DNA of 64,000 bases from an uncultured bacterium (GTDB lineage Bacteria > Hydrogenedentota > Hydrogenedentia > Hydrogenedentales > Hydrogenedentaceae), in assembly GCA_938014335.1 (NCBI GenBank), contig CALLRP010000006.1, forward strand, positions 14,226-78,225. The letters are read 5' to 3'. The number at the start of each line of letters is the position of its first letter. The first letter of the stretch is position 1. The notes under the pieces were generated by a model. The model was not told where the DNA came from. It did not search any database and saw only the letters and a program-made list of their open reading frames with translations. Below are positions 19,332 to 28,324 of this stretch, in pieces. The translations under genes and the position numbers were made by a program.

Positions 19332-20192
19332 ATGAGTAAAGCCCCACGATTTCTCATAGTGGATGGTTATCCCCTCAAAAGTCGCGAACAGTTTAACCAA
19401 GTAGGGATGAAACTTGCGGGTGTTCTATATGCTGACTTACTGGTAAAATATTTGCCCGAAGCAGAGTATGATATTTGGTATAGCAGTGATGAGGGGGCTG
19501 TCCCTCCGACAGATGAACAACTAAGTCAATATACGGGCGTAATCTGGCCTGGGTGTAACTTAACAATATATCATGACGACCCACGTGTCCACGCTCATAT
19601 TCGTTTGTGCCAGCGCTGTTATGAAGCAGGTATTCCTCAGATTGGAAGTTGCTGGGGCATTCAATTAGCTAATTATTCTGCAGGGGGGAAAGTTGAACCT
19701 CATCCCAAAGGACGCGAGATGGGAATTGCTACAAAAATTAGATTGACAGAAGAAGGTAAAAAGCACCCCATGTTTAAGGAAAAACCTGAAGTATACTCCC
19801 ACTTTGTCAGTCATGATGACCAAGTAACAAAATTGGCAGATGGTGCTATTCTTTTAGCAGGAAATGATTGGAGTCCCGTTCAGGCATGTGAAGTTCACTA
19901 CAAAAAAGGAATTTTCTGGGCAACTCAATATCATCCTGAATATAATCTACACGAAGTCGCAAGGTTAATTATTGCACGCGAACCTAAACTTATCCAACAG
20001 GGAATGTTTCGCGACCACGAAGACCTGATGATATATGTAACACGACTCGAAATGGTTTACGAAAATCCTTCATTAAAATATATCCGCTGGCAGTATAAAA
20101 TTGACGATGATTTAATTGATGATAAAATCCGTGAATGCGAATTTATCAACTGGATAGAACATATCATCAAACCCCGCATTGCAGGAAAATAA
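19332..20192 (+). CDS. Class I glutamine amidotransferase-like protein.
   Basis: The nucleophile elbow is IGSCWGIQLA, and a downstream ...ATQYHPEY... His motif is present. It is 286 aa. Confidence 0.7.
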   Translation: MSKAPRFLIVDGYPLKSREQFNQVGMKLAGVLYADLLVKYLPEAEYDIWYSSDEGAVPPTDEQLSQYTGVIWPGCNLTIYHDDPRVHAHIRLCQRCYEAGIPQIGSCWGIQLANYSAGGKVEPHPKGREMGIATKIRLTEEGKKHPMFKEKPEVYSHFVSHDDQVTKLADGAILLAGNDWSPVQACEVHYKKGIFWATQYHPEYNLHEVARLIIAREPKLIQQGMFRDHEDLMIYVTRLEMVYENPSLKYIRWQYKIDDDLIDDKIRECEFINWIEHIIKPRIAGK

Positions 20193-20278
20193 TTTTTTAT
20201 ATCAGAACACAGGCCTTGATTGAAAAACACAAAGTAGAACCCCTTTCGGAAAGAACGAACAATAAATGACTTTATTAT

Positions 20279-22450
20279 CTAATAACCACGGGGAATATTA
20301 TTTAAATACTCGCTGTACCGGCAAAGGTGGACTATAGCTTTTGCCATCTGAGTAGGATTCTGGAAAACGTAAATATTTAATTCCTCAAGTTTTTCTAAAA
20401 CAGGATTGGTATTTTTCCCATGCGAAATGATTGTTGTATCCGAGGCGACAACAATAGGTTTCTGATAAGTATTCATTAATTTTGCAATTGTTTCCGCATC
20501 TTTTAGCTCAAATTGTGTTCCAATTTCTGATAATTTATCCAGACCTAAATTCTTTGCCCGTTCGGAATTTTGAAATCGCACATACGCACTTGCGATATAA
20601 CCTATTCCTAAAATGACGAGAATATCAATCTCATCATCCTGTATTAGGATCTCCATAGATTTTTTGAATAATTCCACATCTGTTCCTGCCACCATATCTA
20701 CGGGATTAGTTCGATTCCACCATTTAGGCATGATTTGGTCTAATTTCTGAAGTATGTTTTCAGATAAGGGAATCACATTCAATCCCGCCTTGCTACAGAC
20801 ATCAGCGGTAATAACCCCCCACCCTCCTCCTTGTGAAAGAATCCCCACATTTCGCCCCCTGGGAAGTGGGACATTAAAAAGTAAATGGGCTGTTTCTACC
20901 GCTTCATAAACATCCTCAGTCAAAATAGCACCCTGTTGAACACATACTCCTTGAAATAGGCGATAATCGGTTGCTAATGCCCCTGTATGTGAAGATGCAG
21001 CACGAGACCCTGCCTGAGTTTTGCCTCCTTTTAATAGGATAACAGGTTTTTTCTTCGTTACTTTTTTTAATTCATTGAAAAATAGACGTATATTTTTGGC
21101 ACTTTCAATATATGAAAAAACTACTTTTGTTTTGAGGTCGTTACCTAAAAAGTTTAGATAATGATAATTTTTTATCACTGCTTCATTTCCGGTGCTTATA
21201 AATCGTGATACTCCTAATTTATGTTGCATTGCCCAACTCATTACAGTGTTCCCAATATTCCCACTTTGAGAAAGTATTCCTAATCCACCGGCTTGAGGGT
21301 ATCTTCCTATCATAGAGCAATATAGTTTCATTGGGTCAGGACTTACTACACCGGCACAATTAGGACCAATTAAGTATAAATTATTTTCTTTTGCCATCTT
21401 TTCCAGTTCTTCCTGTGCAGATTGAGCTTCTTTATCTGCTAACTCTCCGAAACCTGCTGTAATGACTAAGACAACTTGAATTCCCTTTTCAATACACTCT
21501 CGAACGCAGGGCTGAACAGATTGTGGAGGGACAATAATAACCGCTAAGTCCACTTTTTCGGGTAAAGATGAAATAGAAGGATAGCAAGGAATATTTAGGA
21601 CTTCACTTCGTTTTGGGTTAACACCATATATTTTCCCTGTATATCCACCTTCTAAAGTATTGAATAGAACACGAAATCCCCATTTTAGTGACTTGTCTGT
21701 TATTCCCACAATGGCAATACTTTGGGGTTCAAATAATTTTAATAATTTATTGAAATCAATAGATGTATCTTCTGCTTCCAAGTTGTTTGTTGAATCGCTC
21801 CCTGTTATTGCAAGAGCATCTACTGCGATAGCTGTATTGTGATGTATTAAGATGGGATTTAATTCAAATTGTGTAATTTCTGTTTCATTCGATAAAAGAT
21901 TTTCAATAGATTTTATTACTTGAAAAAGTTTTTGTATATCAACAGGAGGGTCACCTCGAAAAGAATAAAAGATTTTATTGCAGCGTAGTTCGTTAATCAT
22001 TTCCTGCAAGTCAATTTCATTTATGGGTGCACAACGAAAGGATACATCTTCAAGAACTTCTACGAGAATACCTCCTATTCCAATATAGACACATATACCA
22101 TATTCGTTATGTTTCATTCCCCCCATGATGAGTTCTCGTTTCCCGTAAATATGTTTTTGTAATAAAAATCCCGATAATTTAAAGTTTTTTGAATTGTCCT
22201 GGATTTCATCAATTGCTTTTAATAAGTGTTCTTTCGATTTAATATCTGTCTTTACTAACCCAAAATCACTTTTGTGACCTATTCCTTCTACAATCCCTTT
22301 TAAGGTTATGGGGTAACCTAATGTTTTTGCAGAGGAAATAATTTCGTTAGTATCACTACACACATGAAAATCAGCCATTGGTATCTTATATTTTTCTAAC
22401 AAAGATAATGTCTGCACTTCAGATAATATTTGAGACAAATTCTCACTCAT
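20279..22450 (-). CDS. ADP-forming acetyl-CoA synthetase (NDP-forming acyl-CoA synthetase, fused alpha/beta domains).
   Basis: It has a CoA-binding Rossmann region (SIAIVGITDKSLKWGF), succinyl-CoA-synthetase-like ligase-CoA domains and a C-terminal ATP-grasp domain. It is 723 aa. Confidence 0.88.
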   Translation of the reverse strand: MSENLSQILSEVQTLSLLEKYKIPMADFHVCSDTNEIISSAKTLGYPITLKGIVEGIGHKSDFGLVKTDIKSKEHLLKAIDEIQDNSKNFKLSGFLLQKHIYGKRELIMGGMKHNEYGICVYIGIGGILVEVLEDVSFRCAPINEIDLQEMINELRCNKIFYSFRGDPPVDIQKLFQVIKSIENLLSNETEITQFELNPILIHHNTAIAVDALAITGSDSTNNLEAEDTSIDFNKLLKLFEPQSIAIVGITDKSLKWGFRVLFNTLEGGYTGKIYGVNPKRSEVLNIPCYPSISSLPEKVDLAVIIVPPQSVQPCVRECIEKGIQVVLVITAGFGELADKEAQSAQEELEKMAKENNLYLIGPNCAGVVSPDPMKLYCSMIGRYPQAGGLGILSQSGNIGNTVMSWAMQHKLGVSRFISTGNEAVIKNYHYLNFLGNDLKTKVVFSYIESAKNIRLFFNELKKVTKKKPVILLKGGKTQAGSRAASSHTGALATDYRLFQGVCVQQGAILTEDVYEAVETAHLLFNVPLPRGRNVGILSQGGGWGVITADVCSKAGLNVIPLSENILQKLDQIMPKWWNRTNPVDMVAGTDVELFKKSMEILIQDDEIDILVILGIGYIASAYVRFQNSERAKNLGLDKLSEIGTQFELKDAETIAKLMNTYQKPIVVASDTTIISHGKNTNPVLEKLEELNIYVFQNPTQMAKAIVHLCRYSEYLNNIPRGY

Positions 22451-22701
22451 TACAAAACTCCCACTACAATTTTTTCTAATTTGGTCTTTATGTTAACAAA
22501 TTTTTGTTAAGAAATTATATTTATTAAACATAAAAAGCACAGAAAACCTATAAAAACGCAAAAAATTTTTAATCACGAATGACACGAATGAGAATGAATA
22601 AAAAAACTTTTTTCTCATTCAAAAATGGGTATCGAAGAGCAGAAAAGTTCAGTATAGCAGAGCCATATTGTCTGTAGATATCTTGCAGAAAAACACTCAA
22701 A

Positions 22702-23007
22702 CTAATGTCTACTTCGTCGTTGACGCCTACGAATTTGCTGTTGTTTATTTTGATTTTGTCCTTTGTTTTCTTCTCCATCTCCTATCTTTTGATAAAATAA
22801 GGCTTCTTTATCGGAAAGTTTTTTGTTTTGTATCATGTTTTTAATCTTTTCAATGTCAGTTACTGTTCCCGTCGTTTTTATGTCTGTAGAAACTGAAGAT
22901 ATTTCTGTTTCTGGTTTTCCCGGTAAAGTCTGATAAATGAAAATAGCCACAAATATAATAGTGTAAAGTATTGAGACTGTTAAGAATATAGCATCATTTT
23001 TTTTCAT
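22702..23007 (-). CDS. Small membrane-anchored protein with an Arg-rich C-terminus (101 aa), last gene of the AmmeMemoRadiSam-associated operon.
   Basis: It has an N-terminal TM helix (IFLTVSILYTIIFVAIFIY) and the C-terminal sequence QQIRRRQRRSRH. Its start overlaps the stop of the upstream 1187-aa gene by 14 nt. Confidence 0.4.
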   Translation of the reverse strand: MKKNDAIFLTVSILYTIIFVAIFIYQTLPGKPETEISSVSTDIKTTGTVTDIEKIKNMIQNKKLSDKEALFYQKIGDGEENKGQNQNKQQQIRRRQRRSRH

Positions 23008-26000
23008 GTTTATAGCACCGATTACATTGAATACAATCTATTTCTTCTATTTTTGAAATTCCGAGGTCACAGTGGTTTGGAAAAGTTCTCTGCCAGAAGA
23101 AAGAAAATATTCGTAGTGATTGAATTAAACTTAAAAATGCCCCTGTGGGACACAGCACCCGGCACCAGAAGCGGTTATATAAAAGGCTTCCGAACAAAAC
23201 AAAAATTCCAAAAATAGTTACGGTATTCGACATATCCAGCGTGAAAAAAGTAAGTAGTGGGTCAATACTTGCCATATTTGTCTCACGCAAAAAGAAATAA
23301 ACTAAAAAGAAAATAAATGCAAATATATACTTAAACTGCCTTGTCGTGTACCACATCTGCTTCGAAGGGGTAATTTTATTATTTATCCAGTTAAACTTAC
23401 TCATTAATTCTGACATGGCACCAAAGGGGCATAAATAACCGCAATATATATTCCCATTTATAAGAACCAGCAGAGGAATCCCTATGGTAAGTATGCAAGA
23501 AATAGATAAAGTAAACCGGAATTTATCAATAGATATTAGTTGAATAATGGAATAAATCCCGTATTGGATATTTAACCAAAAACCCAATACCAACATAACA
23601 GCAATTAACCAGATGATTCGAAGTACATCGTTGTGAAAGAAACGAAACACAATAGATAGGAGAATAAATATGATGAAGATGTAAACAGAATAAGTGGTTT
23701 GTGTGTGGTTTGCATGTGCAAGTTGTTGTATCTCAGAATAGCCCGTGCTTTTATCTTGAATTAATTTAGCAAACTCTTTCCCAGCAAATTGCACAGCCCT
23801 TTTTACTGCATCCGCTGTTGTTGTGGCACCGCTAACGGTATCTATTTCTGCAATCGTTTCGGGTTGAAATATATTTTTCCCTTTATAAAGAAAAAAATAG
23901 TCTTCTACCCGTGACAAATAGTCGGGTGTTTCATTAGATTGAATAACCCTGATATTTTCTATTCTACCTTCTTTGGAAACTTTAACGGCTATATCTATTT
24001 CACCACCGTATCCGATAACCTTAAATAACGAGGCAGTGGAAAAAATATAAAAAGTGTTCTCATTTTGATTTTCATCTTTTTTTGTAAACGAATAAAATCG
24101 TATTTTACGATTATCGGGAAGAGTCAATATCTCAGGTTTAATTTCCTCCCTTTCTGCGAGTTGTTGAGCAATTTGTGTGAAAACATCTTCGGGGAGAGGT
24201 ATTGTAGAACGATAATATATTTCTGTAGAGATAAAGGTTAGTATAAGAATAGGAACCAATGTATATCCAAGTGTTCTACCCCAAAGTGATGAAACACAAA
24301 ACAAAGTTTTTTGGAGTAATGGAATAAATAAAAGGACAAGAATTAGATAGAAAAAAACAATTCCTGCTGAATATTGAAGTCCCCACAGAGGGAGCAATAA
24401 CAATGGAAATACAAAGGCACCTATACCGGCTCCCAAATGATCGCATCCCTCTAAATATACTGCTAAACGAGAGGTGGTTAATTCTTTATCAGAGATTTCG
24501 AGGAATACAGAAAGCAAGAAACCTAACACAAAACCCCATAGAAAGAAAATAGCAAGATATGTGTAAAAATGAATAGATGGTATTTGAAATATGATGATTG
24601 TAAAAAATGCACATGTACAAGACAGGCAAAAGGCAATGAAAAAAGGCAATCGGCTTTTTTTGTTTACATAAAAAAGATTAAAAAAAATGGGACTTATTGA
24701 AAGTCCCAGCATAAAAAGTGAGGATAAAAGCCCCAAATAAGTGGATAATGAGCCATAAGTATATTGAAATTGAATAAAGAGCAGAAGAGAAACTCCCATG
24801 CCCACAAGTCCAATGATAAAAATGGCAAAGCAAGTTTCAGCAATCGAATAAGTGTATTTTTGTATTCTTTTTCGGAGCGACCTCTTTTTATATATCCATC
24901 GAAATAGGATAAAACTCAATGGGAAGCATATAAAAAGAAAAAGAATTATTCTTTTAATGATTATAATTTTTTCTAATAATCCTGAATACCCATGTTTCCA
25001 GAGATAAAAGAGATTACTGTATAAAAATCCAAGATATTTATTTTCAGAATTGATGAGGTAATTGCTGTCGGTAACTTTTTTAATTTCTTCATACCGATTT
25101 TTTTGAAAAATGATTCTATCCGGTGGATACAAGTCTCTCACAAGATTGGGTCTAATTTCGGGCAATTGTTGTGCAATCGTAGTTAGTCGCTGTTCCAGAG
25201 TGGGGACATGCTCACTCAAAGGATGTGTTAAAGAACCCAATAACCATGTTTCCTCCCCGGGTTTCAGCACAGTAACTTTAAATACTTGATGAAAAGTGAA
25301 AAATATAGAGGCTCCAAGGGTTGCAATTTCCCCCCCTAAAAAATTTTCACCTCCTGACATACGAATACCCACTATTCCTCTATCCGCGAGGCAATTCTTC
25401 AACAAGTTAAAAAAACTATCGGTGAGATATTGATTTGAATTTATCGTTTGAGGGTCACCTGTATACACCAAAATAATATCGAATTTTTCATTTGTAGTTG
25501 TTAAAAATAATCGAGGTTCCGTTTGTGGAAATATCAATTTGTTTGAAGTATTTAAAGATTTTTCTTGTAGTAGCGGGATAATTTTTTGGGATAATTCAAA
25601 ATCAAAAGGTATCCACAAAATTTTCTCTATTTCCTTAATTTTTATGAGGTAGGGTAATATATAAATAAAAGGTTCACCAATTAATAGAAAATTTTTTGCA
25701 TCATTTTTTTGAGCAAGGAAGGTGGACAAGAAACGCAAACCATATTCCTGATTTGGGAAATTTAAGGCAGGTTTAAGATTTCTCAACAAAATAAACTGGG
25801 TATTATCAAATCCATATAAATATTCCCCCTTCTGGGTGATAATTTTACCACCTAAATTTTCACTTTTAGTAAGATTTTCCCAGTGTGTTTTATTTTCCCA
25901 TGATTCTAATGTAAATGCTAAAAACAGAAACAATGGCAAAAGAAAAACAACAATAACTTTTTTAAATAAAACATAGTGAGATAGGGAAAAAGAGGAAGTA

Positions 26001-26557
26001 ATTAAAAAAAAGGAAACGAGACAGAAAGGAATCCAGTGAGAAAGACCGAAATATATGCACAATGAGGTAATAAGTCCACCTAACACAGCCCCGAAAGCCT
26101 CATAAGCGTATATAGAGCGAACAATTGTAGAAGGGGTAGGAATATTTTGTGAGTTCGATGTTAAATTTTGCTCCCACCAAAGTGTGCAGTGGGTAAATAA
26201 GAAACCTGTAAGAAAACTTAATCCTGCAGTTGTCAAAGAAGAATACAATACGAGGGTAGGAATATCAAATATTTCATAAGAAGGAATACCAGAAATATAT
26301 CGAGCACTGCGGATAAAAAAATGTGCACATAACCAGGCAGGAATATAAATAAGAGATGTTATTGTTAAGTATTTAAACTGTTTATAAAAAAGACGCCCTA
26401 CAAGGGTTCCGGGGATAATCCAGATAAACCAGAAAAAATAAAGAATACCCAGGGCAAATTCATTTTCTTCAATACAATGAAGGAAATCACGCACAAGGAG
26501 GGCTTGTGCGGTAATCGAAAACGCTCCTAATGCAATGGGTAATAGAAACTTTTTCAC
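22994..26557 (-). CDS. 1187-aa polytopic membrane fusion protein: a spermidine-synthase-like domain with flanking TM bundles, fused to a NosR/NapH-like module (periplasmic FMN-binding domain plus a TM polyferredoxin with two CxxxCP motifs).
   Basis: The aminopropyltransferase-like region is ...DIILVYTGDPQTINSNQYLTDSFFNLLKNCLADRGIVGI. The FMN_bind-like motif is TVSGATTTADAVKRAVQFAG. NapH/NosR-type cluster motifs are CGYLCPFGAM and CRVLCPTGAF, and the C-terminal cysteine cluster is CDLGISKIEEIDCIQCNRC. Its start overlaps the stop of the MEMO-AMMECR1 gene (ATGA-type 4-nt overlap). Confidence 0.75.
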   Translation of the reverse strand: MKKFLLPIALGAFSITAQALLVRDFLHCIEENEFALGILYFFWFIWIIPGTLVGRLFYKQFKYLTITSLIYIPAWLCAHFFIRSARYISGIPSYEIFDIPTLVLYSSLTTAGLSFLTGFLFTHCTLWWEQNLTSNSQNIPTPSTIVRSIYAYEAFGAVLGGLITSLCIYFGLSHWIPFCLVSFFLITSSFSLSHYVLFKKVIVVFLLPLFLFLAFTLESWENKTHWENLTKSENLGGKIITQKGEYLYGFDNTQFILLRNLKPALNFPNQEYGLRFLSTFLAQKNDAKNFLLIGEPFIYILPYLIKIKEIEKILWIPFDFELSQKIIPLLQEKSLNTSNKLIFPQTEPRLFLTTTNEKFDIILVYTGDPQTINSNQYLTDSFFNLLKNCLADRGIVGIRMSGGENFLGGEIATLGASIFFTFHQVFKVTVLKPGEETWLLGSLTHPLSEHVPTLEQRLTTIAQQLPEIRPNLVRDLYPPDRIIFQKNRYEEIKKVTDSNYLINSENKYLGFLYSNLFYLWKHGYSGLLEKIIIIKRIILFLFICFPLSFILFRWIYKKRSLRKRIQKYTYSIAETCFAIFIIGLVGMGVSLLLFIQFQYTYGSLSTYLGLLSSLFMLGLSISPIFFNLFYVNKKSRLPFFIAFCLSCTCAFFTIIIFQIPSIHFYTYLAIFFLWGFVLGFLLSVFLEISDKELTTSRLAVYLEGCDHLGAGIGAFVFPLLLLPLWGLQYSAGIVFFYLILVLLFIPLLQKTLFCVSSLWGRTLGYTLVPILILTFISTEIYYRSTIPLPEDVFTQIAQQLAEREEIKPEILTLPDNRKIRFYSFTKKDENQNENTFYIFSTASLFKVIGYGGEIDIAVKVSKEGRIENIRVIQSNETPDYLSRVEDYFFLYKGKNIFQPETIAEIDTVSGATTTADAVKRAVQFAGKEFAKLIQDKSTGYSEIQQLAHANHTQTTYSVYIFIIFILLSIVFRFFHNDVLRIIWLIAVMLVLGFWLNIQYGIYSIIQLISIDKFRFTLSISCILTIGIPLLVLINGNIYCGYLCPFGAMSELMSKFNWINNKITPSKQMWYTTRQFKYIFAFIFFLVYFFLRETNMASIDPLLTFFTLDMSNTVTIFGIFVLFGSLLYNRFWCRVLCPTGAFLSLIQSLRIFSFFWQRTFPNHCDLGISKIEEIDCIQCNRCYKHEKK

Positions 26558-28119
26558 AATTGCTCTTCGTGGAACACTTCTGCTTCAAAAACTTCAAATT
26601 CTGCACCTTCTTTATAGCCATCCGGAGATAATCCTGCTTTCATTGAAAGGTGTTCTAATGTCTGTTGTAAATTCCAATTTTGTTCTGGGGCTACCTGTGG
26701 TAAAAACAAAGCTTGATAATATCCTTTTTTCATAATTATCCCGTGTTTACCCAATTCAATTTCATTATAATGGTTTATCTTTCGTGGATGTGTAAGGAGG
26801 GATATGTCAATCTTAATCTTAGGCAACTCATCTTTTGTGATAGGGTAGAATCGTGGGTCCTTAAATCCAGCATTATACGCATTTTGTAAAACGGATTTAT
26901 ACATTGGCTTTGTTGCGAAAATTTCACCAATACATCCCCGCAAATCGTCATTTATTTTTAAGGTAACAAATGCGGCGCGAGGTGTTTTCATCGTCTCTGT
27001 TATTGTAATAGGTATTTCATTATCCAAAGGTAATTTGTTATGTTCCAGCACATATTCAAGTGTCCATCGTGCTAATTTTAATAAATCCTTTTTCTCTTCA
27101 GGTGTTAATGTCGTTGAAATATTCATAGATTTCTTTTCTCCTTTCTGCCATATTCCCGTAAAGGCAATACTAAAATAACTTACCGAATTCCGATAATCAT
27201 TTACAATCTCGCCGGATTGTTTATATTCAATAAGTTTGGTTTGTGTATTTTCGGGTAATAAATACATTAAAACTCCAATACCATAAGGACCACAAATAGT
27301 AATCCCTGTTTTTTCAATATAATCATAAAATCCCTTTACATCTCGTTTTTCAATATATTGATAAGCGACCATATCCAATTTTTTAAGATTTTCGGGTATA
27401 TTTTCATTAAAAGGTGTGTAATTGTAATTCGGTCCATAATGAGTAAAATCACTACTGGCAATTACCAATGTCTTCTCATCAATGTAGTTTTTTAATATTC
27501 GAGCTACCCTTTCTGTGGTTTCGATATCCAATCTGCCACAAATTAGAGGAATTAATTTAAATTCTCCTTTAAAATATTGTAACAGTGGTAATTCTATTTC
27601 AACGCTATGTTCTCCTTGTTGTGCTAAAGGAACTTCCTTGAAATATGGATATTTTTTTAATTCTTGTATTGTTTCTGTATCAAGAGGTATCTCGCCCATA
27701 GGTGTTTCATAACAATCAACGGAAGGGAGACTTATGAGATTTTCCAAAGATGCTCTATGGCTTGTCCCTAAAATGATTATCCGAGAATATGTCCCTTTCT
27801 CTGTTGTTTTAATTCCTCTGCATGCAGTTAAACCTGAATACATATAACCCGCATGAGGTAAAATAAGTCCGATTACATGTTCAATAAGCTCCCCATCTGC
27901 TTTATTAAACATTTCTGAGATTTGTTGTTTTAATTTTTCTGGATTTGCATCATACCATTGACCTGCAATTAAAGATTGATAAACTTTTTTAGACTCCCTA
28001 TGATTTTCTTGACTTAAAGATAAATTATCCCCACATGCAAATGGAAGAGTGACGATAAACAATAGAAAAAGAGTAATATTTGAATAATTTCTCATCCAAT
28101 AACCCCTTCTTTTTTTCAT
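26554..28119 (-). CDS. Fused AmmeMemoRadiSam system protein B (MEMO1-like) and protein A (AMMECR1 domain), with a signal-peptide-like N-terminus.
   Basis: The MEMO1 motif is GLILPHAGYMYSG, with later His/Asp-containing segments. The C-terminal AMMECR1 motif is PRAAFVTLKINDDLRGCIGEIF. The N-terminus is MKKRRGYWMRNYSNITLFLLFIVTLPFACG. It lies directly downstream of the cognate radical SAM gene. Confidence 0.85.
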   Translation of the reverse strand: MKKRRGYWMRNYSNITLFLLFIVTLPFACGDNLSLSQENHRESKKVYQSLIAGQWYDANPEKLKQQISEMFNKADGELIEHVIGLILPHAGYMYSGLTACRGIKTTEKGTYSRIIILGTSHRASLENLISLPSVDCYETPMGEIPLDTETIQELKKYPYFKEVPLAQQGEHSVEIELPLLQYFKGEFKLIPLICGRLDIETTERVARILKNYIDEKTLVIASSDFTHYGPNYNYTPFNENIPENLKKLDMVAYQYIEKRDVKGFYDYIEKTGITICGPYGIGVLMYLLPENTQTKLIEYKQSGEIVNDYRNSVSYFSIAFTGIWQKGEKKSMNISTTLTPEEKKDLLKLARWTLEYVLEHNKLPLDNEIPITITETMKTPRAAFVTLKINDDLRGCIGEIFATKPMYKSVLQNAYNAGFKDPRFYPITKDELPKIKIDISLLTHPRKINHYNEIELGKHGIIMKKGYYQALFLPQVAPEQNWNLQQTLEHLSMKAGLSPDGYKEGAEFEVFEAEVFHEEQL

Positions 28120-28138
28120 AACATCATTATATTAAATT

Positions 28139-28324
28139 TTAACCTGCCCATGGAGAGGATTTCGTTTGAGAAAGGCCGAAATTGTTTTTGTTTTTTGGCA
28201 ATTTTTTTTTGTGTAATAACGGTATTGCATAAGTCTGCCGAACCAAGGATGGTTTTTTTATGCCATATTTGGCAACTACCACGGCCAGAATAGATGATAA
28301 AAATTTTCTCCGATTTATTGCCAT
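28139..28324 (-). CDS. Possible 61-aa ORF with a textbook twin-arginine (Tat) signal, lying between the AmmeMemoRadiSam rSAM and MEMO-AMMECR1 genes. It is a doubtful gene.
   Basis: The sequence MAINRRKFLSSILAVVVAKYG matches the S/T-RRxFLK consensus followed by a hydrophobic core. It overlaps the rSAM stop by 10 nt. It contains a homopolymer run (A9-10), so a frameshift artefact cannot be excluded. A competing ORF, 28116..28406, overlaps it in another frame. Confidence 0.3.
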   Translation of the reverse strand: MAINRRKFLSSILAVVVAKYGIKKPSLVRQTYAIPLLHKKKLPKNKNNFGLSQTKSSPWAG

